Shown: in pieces, positions 9,676 through 17,853 of the stretch | Layout: the number at the start of each line of letters is the position of its first letter | How positions within the stretch are numbered: position 1 is the first letter of the stretch | Source: Acidobacteriota bacterium | GTDB taxonomy: Bacteria; Acidobacteriota; DATKUA01; JAFGBY01 | DNA: 25,716 nucleotides | NCBI GenBank assembly: GCA_016932915.1 | Contig: JAFGBY010000169.1 | Coordinates: 1 to 25,716 of the forward strand | Direction: 5' to 3' | Notes under the pieces: model-generated | Seen by the model: the letters and a program-made list of their open reading frames with translations, nothing else | Databases searched by the model: none | Told to the model about the DNA's origin: nothing | Position numbers and translations under genes: made by a program

Positions 9676-10746
9676 TCACAGATACTTTTTCCTGAGCATC
9701 CTCTGTTTATTCAATGTTTTACGTCTTATTTCCTCAAGTTTGTTGCGGTCAAATTTTATCCTCAACCGTTCAAGTTCATCATCTTTAATATCTCTAGTAG
9801 CGACAGATGATTCTTTCCCATCACTGGAAATATAAACCACCAAAGTACCAATATCTTTTTTTATCTTGGAATACCTTAATGCAATCGATGCTGCTGTTTC
9901 CAGATTTTCTCCTTGTGCCGCACCTTCCAATAAGACCAACGGTCCTGGCACCTTTCTTAAGTCTATTACGCCTCTGCCTTCAGAAAATTCTTCTAGAATG
10001 GAATTATCTTCATCGTCCTTACCGACAATTATTTTTAAATCCCTTGAAATCCGAAAATGTCGTCCATATTTATAAATTTCCATATCTTCCGGGTCTGGTT
10101 GGGCTTTATCCGAATAATTAATAAAATCCAGAACCTTCGCTGCGTATTCCCTGTATGTCAGGATACAACCGCCACCCGGAGGATGGTAACCGGTTATATT
10201 ATTACTCTTAGCAAATTCAAACTGTCGGTTCCTTCCACGTCCCTGGATATCGAGCAACTTATTTCTGTCTATAATACCAGCTTTTTCAGCTTCCGTAGGT
10301 TTTAGAAGTTTTGCGGAAAGAGGCCTTAGCAGCCGTCCTTCAAGCCCGGTCTTTTTCTCCAGCATATTCATGACCTGTTTGTTCTGTGTCATAGGCCTTT
10401 GACCCAAGACCTCGCCGGTGAAAACAAATTCAGCGCCTATCTCTTCCATAACCTCTTTAGCTTTTACCATCATCAGGAATTTGCAATCTATGCAGGGATT
10501 TACCGCGGTACCATAACCCCACCATGGTTCCATAAGCCTTTCGAGAAATACCGATGTAATTTCTTCATACCTGTATTCGATTCCAAGTTTTTTGACATCC
10601 TCTGATAGGCGATTTTTTACAGTTCTTTCATGACTCCAGAGGTCTATTACCAGAGCTGTAATCTCTATCGATTGTTCCTGGATAAGTTTAACAGCTATAT
10701 AACTGTCCAACCCTCCCGAAAATAGCCCTACCGCTTTATATCCCAT
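9676..10746 (-). CDS. PP-loop ATP pyrophosphatase of the ThiI-like tRNA sulfurtransferase family, lacking a THUMP domain, with about 150-aa C-terminal extension
   Basis: N-terminal SGGxDS PP-loop (GLFSGGLDSYIA). The ThiI-type CxxC ... GE.LGQ ... RPL block is present (NPCIDCKFLMMVKAKEVMEEIGAEFVFTGEVLGQRPMTQ ... LRPL). RBS AGGATG upstream. It is co-oriented with the rSAM gene 67 bp downstream. Confidence 0.6.
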   Translation of the reverse strand: MGYKAVGLFSGGLDSYIAVKLIQEQSIEITALVIDLWSHERTVKNRLSEDVKKLGIEYRYEEITSVFLERLMEPWWGYGTAVNPCIDCKFLMMVKAKEVMEEIGAEFVFTGEVLGQRPMTQNKQVMNMLEKKTGLEGRLLRPLSAKLLKPTEAEKAGIIDRNKLLDIQGRGRNRQFEFAKSNNITGYHPPGGGCILTYREYAAKVLDFINYSDKAQPDPEDMEIYKYGRHFRISRDLKIIVGKDDEDNSILEEFSEGRGVIDLRKVPGPLVLLEGAAQGENLETAASIALRYSKIKKDIGTLVVYISSDGKESSVATRDIKDDELERLRIKFDRNKLEEIRRKTLNKQRMLRKKYL

Positions 10747-10771
10747 CCGTTCATCCTAGTACGATTTTAAT

Positions 10772-10800
10772 TTGACTGCAAACAGAGGCATTGATATTAT
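10772..10800 (+). promoter_or_regulatory. Sigma70-type promoter for the peptidase gene (-35 TTGACT, 17-nt spacer, -10 TATTAT)
   Basis: Read directly: TTGACT (10772-10777), 17 nt, TATTAT (10795-10800), then AGGAGA RBS and ATG at 10823. It overlaps the spurious TTG-extended start in the ORF track. Confidence 0.5.
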
Positions 10801-10822
10801 TTCATTAGAAAGGAGAATAAGC

Positions 10823-12523
10823 ATGCTAAGATCAATTAACCTTTGGATCATTGTTTTATCTGCGATCGTTGTTGCAGGTGCGATTTATTTCATGGTAAAT
10901 ACCGACGCTGATGCACAGACGACCCCTGCTAACGACGAAGGAGTTAACACAATGAATATCGATAAAATGTTATCGAAGTATGCGGTCGTGGAGGTAAAAC
11001 CGGACCTGTCTGGGCTAACGGAAAAACAGCAACAGATAGTAAAAATCCTGGTCGAAGCCGGAAAAGTTGCTGATCATCTTTTCTGGGAACAGGCCAGCTA
11101 TGACGGGCTGGATATTCAGGCAAAACTAGCCGCCTCCAATTCACCGCAGGATAAAAAGATTCTTGAATATGTAAACATTAACTATGGGCCGTTTGACCGT
11201 TTAAATAATAATGAGATCTTCTATGGTAAAGATAAAACTATTGATGGCCCAACATTTTATCCATCTGGAATGCAAAAAGAAGAGTTTGAAACCTATATCA
11301 AACAACATCCTGAAAAAGAGAAAGACCTTGTTTCACTTTATACCGTTGTCCGCAGAACAGGTGATAACGGATTAGAAGCTGTTCCTTTCAGTAAAGCATA
11401 CCCGGAAGAAACAAAGAAATTGCATGACCTTCTGATGAAAGCCGCTTCTCTTGCAGAGAATGAATCACTTAAATCTTTTCTTGAAGCTAAAGCAGCGGAT
11501 TTCCTTAAGGATGATTTTTATACAAGCGATACATTGTGGCTGAAACTTAAAGACAATATGATAGACCTGGTTATCGGGCCAACCGAGGTATACGAAGATA
11601 CAATGTTTAACTACAAAGCTTCTTATGAAGCCTTTGTAATGATTAAGGATAAAGAAGCTACTAAAAAACTCGAGTTTTATAACGAGCATAAAAACGCGCT
11701 CGAAAAAAGACTTCCAGTTTCTGATGATTATAAAAAAGAATACAAGGGGTTAAGCTCCCCACTCGCCGCTGTTCAGTTAGTTTATTGCGGCGGCAGCAGC
11801 AATTCAGGAACCAAAACAGTAGCTTTCAATCTTCCTAATGATGAGAAAGTAAGGGAAGAAACCGGCTCGAAGAAAGTTCTTCTTCAGAATGTTCTGAAAG
11901 CCAAATATGAAAAAATTCTCGTTCCGATTGCAGAAACCCTGCTTACCGAAGAAGCAAGAAAATATATCTCCGCAGATGCTTTCGCAACAAACGTCCTTAT
12001 GCATGAGTACTCACATGCTTTCGGATTGAATTACACAGTAAAAGATCCGGAGCTAACTGTTAAAAAAGCCCTCGGCGGTGATTACAGCGCTATTGAAGAA
12101 TGTAAAGCTGATATAGTCGGTTTATACAACCAGAGTTATTTCCATAATAAGGAATTAATCAGTGATCAGGAATTAAAAACACATTACACAACAGCTGTCG
12201 CCAGTATATTCCGTTCAATCCGTTTTGGAGCAAACGGCTCCCACGGTACAGCTAATTTAATGCAATTTAATTTCTTTGTAGAAAAAGGCGCCATCGTTTT
12301 CGATGAAAGCACAGGTAAATATAGCATTAACTATGACAAATTTGAGAAAGCCACGGAAGATTTGGCGAACCTCGTGCTGACAATCCAGGGTGATGGAGAT
12401 GCAAAAAAAGCGAGCGAAGTTATTGAAAAGTACGGTAAGTTTACGAAGAACCTGACCGATAGCCTGAAAAAGCTTGAAGATCTACCGGTAGATATCGTAT
12501 TCGACTATCAATACAACTGGTAG
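10823..12523 (+). CDS. Secreted/membrane-anchored zinc metallopeptidase, M49 (dipeptidyl-peptidase III)-like with pentapeptide HEXXH motif
   Basis: Start re-called at the ATG 7 nt downstream of AGGAGA. N-terminal hydrophobic signal/anchor (MLRSINLWIIVLSAIVVAGAIYF). Zinc motifs HEYSH and, about 36 aa downstream, EECKAD. This pairing is as in DPP III, and the pentapeptide HEXXH variant is reported for Caldithrix-type DPP III. Confidence 0.55.
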   Translation: MLRSINLWIIVLSAIVVAGAIYFMVNTDADAQTTPANDEGVNTMNIDKMLSKYAVVEVKPDLSGLTEKQQQIVKILVEAGKVADHLFWEQASYDGLDIQAKLAASNSPQDKKILEYVNINYGPFDRLNNNEIFYGKDKTIDGPTFYPSGMQKEEFETYIKQHPEKEKDLVSLYTVVRRTGDNGLEAVPFSKAYPEETKKLHDLLMKAASLAENESLKSFLEAKAADFLKDDFYTSDTLWLKLKDNMIDLVIGPTEVYEDTMFNYKASYEAFVMIKDKEATKKLEFYNEHKNALEKRLPVSDDYKKEYKGLSSPLAAVQLVYCGGSSNSGTKTVAFNLPNDEKVREETGSKKVLLQNVLKAKYEKILVPIAETLLTEEARKYISADAFATNVLMHEYSHAFGLNYTVKDPELTVKKALGGDYSAIEECKADIVGLYNQSYFHNKELISDQELKTHYTTAVASIFRSIRFGANGSHGTANLMQFNFFVEKGAIVFDESTGKYSINYDKFEKATEDLANLVLTIQGDGDAKKASEVIEKYGKFTKNLTDSLKKLEDLPVDIVFDYQYNW

Positions 12524-12545
12524 AATTGTGTTGGGAAATATTGAC

Positions 12546-12574
12546 TTGACCGTCTTTTAATATTTTGGTAGATT
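12546..12574 (+). promoter_or_regulatory. Candidate sigma70 promoter upstream of accA (-35 TTGACC, 17 nt, -10 TAGATT)
   Basis: Read directly in the 81-bp intergenic region. The -10 element is weak. Confidence 0.3.
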
Positions 12575-12604
12575 CCATCACTTACTTTATAAACAAGGAT
12601 AGCG

Positions 12605-13555
12605 ATGATGCGTAAAGCAGCTGGTGAATTCGAGATTCCTTTAATTGAGATGGAAGAAGAAATAAGCCATCTCAAGGGAGTCCCTCCCTCTCCCGATGTA
12701 CTTGAAAAGATTGAAAAACTGGAGAAAAAGTTACAAAAGAAGAGAGAGGATATTTTCTCAAGGCTCTCACCATGGCAAAGAGTTGAAATGGCCAGACATC
12801 CTGACCGGCCATATACGATGGATTTTATAGATTTTCTTTTTGAAGACTTCATTGAAATTCATGGTGATAGAAGGTTTTCCGACGATCCAGCGATTATAAC
12901 TGGATTCGCCTTTTTCCATGGTCTGCCGGTATGCGTGATAGGCCATGAAAAAGGCCGAACTCTAAAAGAAAAAGTCTATCGAAATTTTGGTATGCCACAG
13001 CCTGAAGGCTACCGTAAAGCCCTTAGGGTGATGAAAATCGCTGAAAAATTCAACCGCCCAATCCTTACATTCGTTGATACACCGGGAGCATATCCAGGTA
13101 TCGGCGCGGAAGAACGCGGGCAGGCTGAGGCTATTGCATATAACCTGAGAGAGATGGCAAAACTCGAAGTTCCGGTTATCGTGACCGTCACAGGAGAAGG
13201 CGGAAGCGGTGGAGCTCTTGGTATTGCCGTAGGAGAAGTCGTAAATATTATGGAGCATGCCGTCTATTCCGTAATTACACCGGAAGGATGCGCATCGATC
13301 CTCTGGCGTGATCCGTCAAAGAAAGATCTGGCCGCTGAAGCGATGAAAATGACCGCATCAGATTTGAAAGAGCAGGGCCTTGTCTCCGATATTATACCGG
13401 AGCCTCCGGGAGGAGCGCATATCGATTATGAAGCATCAGCCAAAATAATAGATCAATTCCTCCAGGCAGCATTAACAAGTCTTTCGGACTTGACTCCTCA
13501 GCAGAGAATCGACCTCAGGTATCAACGCTTCCGAAATATGGGTTTTTATAGATAA
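12605..13555 (+). CDS. accA: Acetyl-CoA carboxylase carboxyltransferase alpha subunit
   Basis: Canonical AccA blocks: HPDRPYT, FVDTPGAYPGIGAEERGQAEAIAYNLREMA, GEGGSGGALGIAVG, SVITPEGCASILW. 316 aa. RBS AAGGAT upstream. Confidence 0.9.
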   Translation: MMRKAAGEFEIPLIEMEEEISHLKGVPPSPDVLEKIEKLEKKLQKKREDIFSRLSPWQRVEMARHPDRPYTMDFIDFLFEDFIEIHGDRRFSDDPAIITGFAFFHGLPVCVIGHEKGRTLKEKVYRNFGMPQPEGYRKALRVMKIAEKFNRPILTFVDTPGAYPGIGAEERGQAEAIAYNLREMAKLEVPVIVTVTGEGGSGGALGIAVGEVVNIMEHAVYSVITPEGCASILWRDPSKKDLAAEAMKMTASDLKEQGLVSDIIPEPPGGAHIDYEASAKIIDQFLQAALTSLSDLTPQQRIDLRYQRFRNMGFYR

Positions 13556-13603
13556 AGACAATCAGTCAATATTTCCCGACCTTTCATACCTGGAGAAAGG
13601 CAT

Positions 13604-15307
13604 ATGGAAGGTTACTGGGAATATCATCGAGTTAAATATGATACGATAAAAAGTATCGCCGACGAACTTCGTCTGCCCGTAATTATTGCCAGGATTCTGG
13701 TAAACAGGGGATACTCTACTCCAGAAGAAGCAGACAAATTCCTTAATCCAAAAATCGAAGATATGTATGACCCATTCCTCATGAATGGGATGGATATAGT
13801 AATAGATAGGATTTTAAAGGCGCTCGATAAACATGAAAAAATCTGTATCTACGGGGATTATGACGTTGACGGGGTAACATCTATAATCATCCTCAAAGAT
13901 GCCCTCCAGAGGCTGGGCGGTAATGTAATATTTACAATACCGAGCCGGCTTGATGAGGGATATGGATTAAACTTTGAAAGACTTGATGACCAGGTACTGG
14001 GTTCGGATACAAAACTTATAATCACTGTTGATACAGGCACAACCTCCACAGAAGAAGCAAACTACCTTCTACAGAAGGGAAGAGACCTTATCATTACCGA
14101 CCATCACGAGGAAGGAAATGAAAGGCCAAACGCCCTCGCAATATTAAATCCCAAGCTTTCGGAAAATACTTACCCCTTCAAAGAACTGGCGGGCGTGGGA
14201 GTAATTTTAAAACTCGTTCAAGCTCTTCAATTGAAGATAACGAAAAAACTTCCAATCCAATCATATCTCAAGATAGCAGCTATCGGTACAATTGCTGATA
14301 TTGTTCCTCTAATAGATGAAAACCGGATTATTGCAAAACTGGGCCTCCGGGGTCTCCAGGCAACCAATAACTTCGGGCTGCGGTCTTTACTTGCTGACCT
14401 TAAGCTGGAAGACAGGAAGATTGAATCAAGCGATATAAGCTTCCGTCTCGCTCCGCGAATTAACGCTCTTGGAAGGCTTGGAAACGTTGAACAGGCAGTA
14501 GAGCTGTTTTTCACATCTAATCGGGCATACGCAAATGAAATCGTACTGGAGATGAACCGTCTGAATGTTAAACGTCAGAAACTTGAAAACGACATATATG
14601 AGCATGCGGTCCATAAGATAGAAAGTGATGAAAAGCTTCAGGAAGCACCGATACTGATAATTCAGGGAAATGATTGGCATCTTGGTGTAATCGGCATAGT
14701 GGCATCACGCCTGACGAATAAGTACTATAAACCTTCAATTGTAATCTCATTGAATGGCGGGCTTGGTAAAGCTTCCGGCAGGAGTATAACCGACTTTGAC
14801 CTTAAAGGGGCATTGGATTTGGAATATAACCTGCTTGAATCTTACGGCGGCCATAAAATGGCTGTCGGTTTTCAAATAAGAGAGGAAAATATTGCCGAAT
14901 TCGCCCAACGTATCAGCGGAAGGGTTGAGAAAATACTGGATGGTCATCTTTTCATCAGGGAAGACAAAATAGATGCGGATATTTCATTCCAGGCAATAAA
15001 CGACGAGTTCCTAAAAGCCCTGGACAAGCTGAAACCTTTCGGGCATTCGAATCCAAAACCGGTTTTCAGGAGCAACAATGTTTTCCTCAAAAACACTCCA
15101 TATCTTCTCAAGGAAAAACATATCAAAGCACAACTGGAACAGGGCAGGAAAAGCTTTGAATCCATCTGTTGGAAACATCCTGACTGGTACGAGGATATGA
15201 ATACATGCAATCGTCTGGATATAATTTACCATATAAATAAAAATTACTGGTACGGCGAAGAAAGCATTCAGCTTGAGATAAAAGATTTTACCTCATTTCA
15301 GGACTAA
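13604..15307 (+). CDS. recJ: Single-stranded-DNA-specific exonuclease RecJ
   Basis: DHH motifs (YGDYDVDGVTS, ITVDTGT, IITDHH). DHHA1 GGGH motif (SYGGHKMAVGF). 567 aa. RBS GGAGAAAGG upstream. Confidence 0.9.
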   Translation: MEGYWEYHRVKYDTIKSIADELRLPVIIARILVNRGYSTPEEADKFLNPKIEDMYDPFLMNGMDIVIDRILKALDKHEKICIYGDYDVDGVTSIIILKDALQRLGGNVIFTIPSRLDEGYGLNFERLDDQVLGSDTKLIITVDTGTTSTEEANYLLQKGRDLIITDHHEEGNERPNALAILNPKLSENTYPFKELAGVGVILKLVQALQLKITKKLPIQSYLKIAAIGTIADIVPLIDENRIIAKLGLRGLQATNNFGLRSLLADLKLEDRKIESSDISFRLAPRINALGRLGNVEQAVELFFTSNRAYANEIVLEMNRLNVKRQKLENDIYEHAVHKIESDEKLQEAPILIIQGNDWHLGVIGIVASRLTNKYYKPSIVISLNGGLGKASGRSITDFDLKGALDLEYNLLESYGGHKMAVGFQIREENIAEFAQRISGRVEKILDGHLFIREDKIDADISFQAINDEFLKALDKLKPFGHSNPKPVFRSNNVFLKNTPYLLKEKHIKAQLEQGRKSFESICWKHPDWYEDMNTCNRLDIIYHINKNYWYGEESIQLEIKDFTSFQD

Positions 15308-15777
15308 TCCTTCCGGCTTCTCCAGATATATACAGTCTCACCATCATCTTCGGAATTCCAGATTATATAACTTCCGATCTTCAACTTTGCAATATCTTTC
15401 AATTTGAACTTATTCCTGCCGAAAGTGCTATGATCCATGCCCCAACCGATATTCACATTCCAGTCATCTTGAACGGTAAAATCGCCTTCCATACCCCAGG
15501 ATGCGAAGGTCATGATATATGAAAAAGGAAATGAAATTCTGAAATAATGGCCACCATCAGCATTAAAATGAGCAACATTCAACCGGCCCGCAAACTCTTC
15601 ATCTTTTATACTGTTATCAATTTTAATCGATTGAATTTCTTCTTTAAGGTCGCGTTGATATTTCTCCATATCGATCAAATCAAAATCTTCATCAATCTCG
15701 ACTGTAAAACTCGCAAAAAAGCCGATTGTAAGGACCAGCAGTATGATTGATAAATCTTTCAGAAACGTCCAAATCAT
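15304..15777 (-). CDS. Hypothetical small membrane-anchored, Trp-rich protein
   Basis: N-terminal TM/signal anchor (LSIILLVLTIGFFASF). RBS AAGGAT lies 10 nt upstream. No motif recognised. Its stop codon overlaps the recJ stop on the opposite strand (cTAa/TAG). Confidence 0.45.
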   Translation of the reverse strand: MIWTFLKDLSIILLVLTIGFFASFTVEIDEDFDLIDMEKYQRDLKEEIQSIKIDNSIKDEEFAGRLNVAHFNADGGHYFRISFPFSYIMTFASWGMEGDFTVQDDWNVNIGWGMDHSTFGRNKFKLKDIAKLKIGSYIIWNSEDDGETVYIWRSRKD

Positions 15778-15893
15778 TTCTCAATATCCTTTCGTACAGT
15801 AAAACGGATAATATAACTCAATTGTTCCAGTATGAAATACCAGGTAATAAAGGAGAATTATAAACTTAAAACGCTGTTCTGTACAGGAATACG

Positions 15894-16829
15894 CTATTCT
15901 TCTATATGGTCGATATACTTCCCTGCCGCCAGGGCTGCTGTCGCACCATCACCCGCGGAAATTGCAACCTGGCGCGCGATGTGCTCGCGGGAGTCGCCAA
16001 TAGCATATACTCCGGGTACCGAGGTCTGCATGGTGTTATCCACCAGTATATAGCCCTCTTCATTTTTCTTGATATCGAAATCGAATAGCGATGTATTCGG
16101 TAAGAAACCGATAAATATAAACAGTCCGCTAACCGCCAGATCCTTTACTTCCCCAGTCTTAACATTTTTAATCGACAGCGCGTTGACAGTATCTTCACCC
16201 TTGATCTCCTCAACAACAGTATCCCAGATCACCTCAATTTTCGGGTTTTTCAATACTGCATCCTGAATCTGTTTTTTCGCTCTCAGCTCATCACGGCGGT
16301 GAATCAGGTATACCTTAGCAGCATGGTTGGTAAGGTAAAGAGACTCTTCACATGCCGCATCGCCACCGCCAACAACAGCAATCGTTTCACCTTTAAAGAA
16401 CGGGCCGTCGCATACCGCGCAATAAGAAACACCTCGTTTGGCATATTTTTCCTCGCCTTTAACATTGAGGTAGCGCGGATTTCCGCCGGCTGCATAAATC
16501 ACAGTTTTGGTAGTAAAAGAGTGTCCATCCTCTGTTTCGACTATTTTTAGATTCCCATCGCCGTTTTTAATGGATTTGACCATTGCCATTTCTATTTTTA
16601 ATCCCAGATCGCGGACATGAGCTTCCATTTTCTGCGCCAGTTCAAAACCACTGATTTTTGAAAAACCGAGGTAATTATCTACGACATCGGTATTGAACAG
16701 CTGACCGCCAACAAGTTTTCCTTCGAGGAGTAAAGTATTCTTTCCGCTGCGGACTCCATAAATCCCGGCTGATAAACCGGCCGGCCCGCCGCCAATAATT
16801 AAAATATCGTATACTTCATTATTACTCAT
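15894..16829 (-). CDS. trxB: Thioredoxin-disulfide reductase
   Basis: FAD motif ILIIGGGPAGLSAG. Redox-active CAVCDG. NADPH motif AVVGGGDAACEE. 311 aa. RBS AGGAGA upstream. Confidence 0.9.
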   Translation of the reverse strand: MSNNEVYDILIIGGGPAGLSAGIYGVRSGKNTLLLEGKLVGGQLFNTDVVDNYLGFSKISGFELAQKMEAHVRDLGLKIEMAMVKSIKNGDGNLKIVETEDGHSFTTKTVIYAAGGNPRYLNVKGEEKYAKRGVSYCAVCDGPFFKGETIAVVGGGDAACEESLYLTNHAAKVYLIHRRDELRAKKQIQDAVLKNPKIEVIWDTVVEEIKGEDTVNALSIKNVKTGEVKDLAVSGLFIFIGFLPNTSLFDFDIKKNEEGYILVDNTMQTSVPGVYAIGDSREHIARQVAISAGDGATAALAAGKYIDHIEE

Positions 16830-16899
16830 TAATTTCTCCTGATTCTTTCTATTTTTTCCAAGTCTAATATACGTGATGAGAAAAGTAATATTTCTTTAA

Positions 16900-17796
16900 T
16901 CATTTATTGCATTTTATAACTACCATGGTTCTGTCGTCAAGTGATCGTCTACCGTGAAGAAACCTGTTGTTTGCCCTCAATGCCGCAGTAAAAATCTCTT
17001 TAGCGCTCAGGTGGCTGTGCTCAGCGATTACATTCTTCAGCCTCGTAAGCCCATAAGCGTCGCCGTTTTCATCCTCTACTTCCAGAAAACCATCTGTATA
17101 CATCACGACAAGGCATTCCTTCGGCAGATCGGTCTCGATGAACCGGAAGAATACTTTTTTATCGGGTACTTCCAAATCGGGATCCTGATCGACTACCCTC
17201 TTGCTCTGGAATAAACCCAATGGACAGCCGGCGCGGTAATCAATATCAATATATTCCCTGTTGGCAACATCATAAATAAGCGGCGGCGGATGGCCCGCGA
17301 CCATAAACCTAGCCCGTTTTTCCTTGTATAACTCCGCGTAAATCGCAGTAGCGTATTTTCCCTTCGGTGTGGAATTAAACAGCCTTGTATTCAGATTATC
17401 AAATATACCCTTAGAAACTTCCCCGTATTTCTCAAGTTCATACGGCAGAGCAGTAAAAAGAGAACTGTGTAGGTTGTGAACCATAAGCACATCCTCGAAT
17501 TCGTGCCCGCTGACATCAGCGATTAGAATCCCAAGCCGATTTTTATAATCTAGTACATCTTTCCTGGAATCCGATTTTCTTTTAATGGAATTCAGGTCAT
17601 AGCGCTTATCAAACTCAATAAATGAACGGTGGTCGCCGCCAAGCGAATTAGCGAATATTACCCAGCTGTATATATCATAATTTCCGAATTCCATCCCTCG
17701 CTTATAGGGAAGAATTTGGTTATGCACTCTAATCGTATTTTTGATGAGATTGTACTGCTCAACAAAAGATGAATTTTTCCCGTTGTTATTATTCAT
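16900..17796 (-). CDS. PP2C-family (SpoIIE/RsbU-type) serine/threonine phosphatase, stand-alone catalytic domain
   Basis: PPM motifs GGDHRSF, ADVSGHEFEDV, AGHPPPLIY, MYTDGFLEVEDENGD and LDDRTMVVIK appear in the expected order. Confidence 0.7.
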   Translation of the reverse strand: MNNNNGKNSSFVEQYNLIKNTIRVHNQILPYKRGMEFGNYDIYSWVIFANSLGGDHRSFIEFDKRYDLNSIKRKSDSRKDVLDYKNRLGILIADVSGHEFEDVLMVHNLHSSLFTALPYELEKYGEVSKGIFDNLNTRLFNSTPKGKYATAIYAELYKEKRARFMVAGHPPPLIYDVANREYIDIDYRAGCPLGLFQSKRVVDQDPDLEVPDKKVFFRFIETDLPKECLVVMYTDGFLEVEDENGDAYGLTRLKNVIAEHSHLSAKEIFTAALRANNRFLHGRRSLDDRTMVVIKCNK

Positions 17797-17853
17797 ACTG
17801 AATTATTCCGGTTATATTATAGAAGAAGCCCCTTCTCATTTTGTAACGCCCGT

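Noticed and set aside
10772-10822. The ORF track starts the 583-aa peptidase ORF at a TTG at 10772.
   Set aside because: That TTG is the -35 hexamer (TTGACT) of a near-consensus promoter. A strong AGGAGA SD precedes the ATG at 10823, and the encoded N-terminus from there is a clean signal/anchor peptide.
13580-13600. Hairpin CCTTTC-N9-GAAAGG overlapping the recJ SD.
   Set aside because: It is only 6 bp with low GC, and I cannot argue regulatory sequestration from sequence alone. It is probably coincidental with the GGAGAAAGG RBS.
15793-15889. CTGTtctgtACAG and a second GTACAG in the trxB-to-small-ORF spacer, considered as a LexA-like box.
   Set aside because: The spacing is CTGT-N5-ACAG, not the N8 of gammaproteobacterial LexA boxes. 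There is no supporting second site upstream of recJ or rarA.
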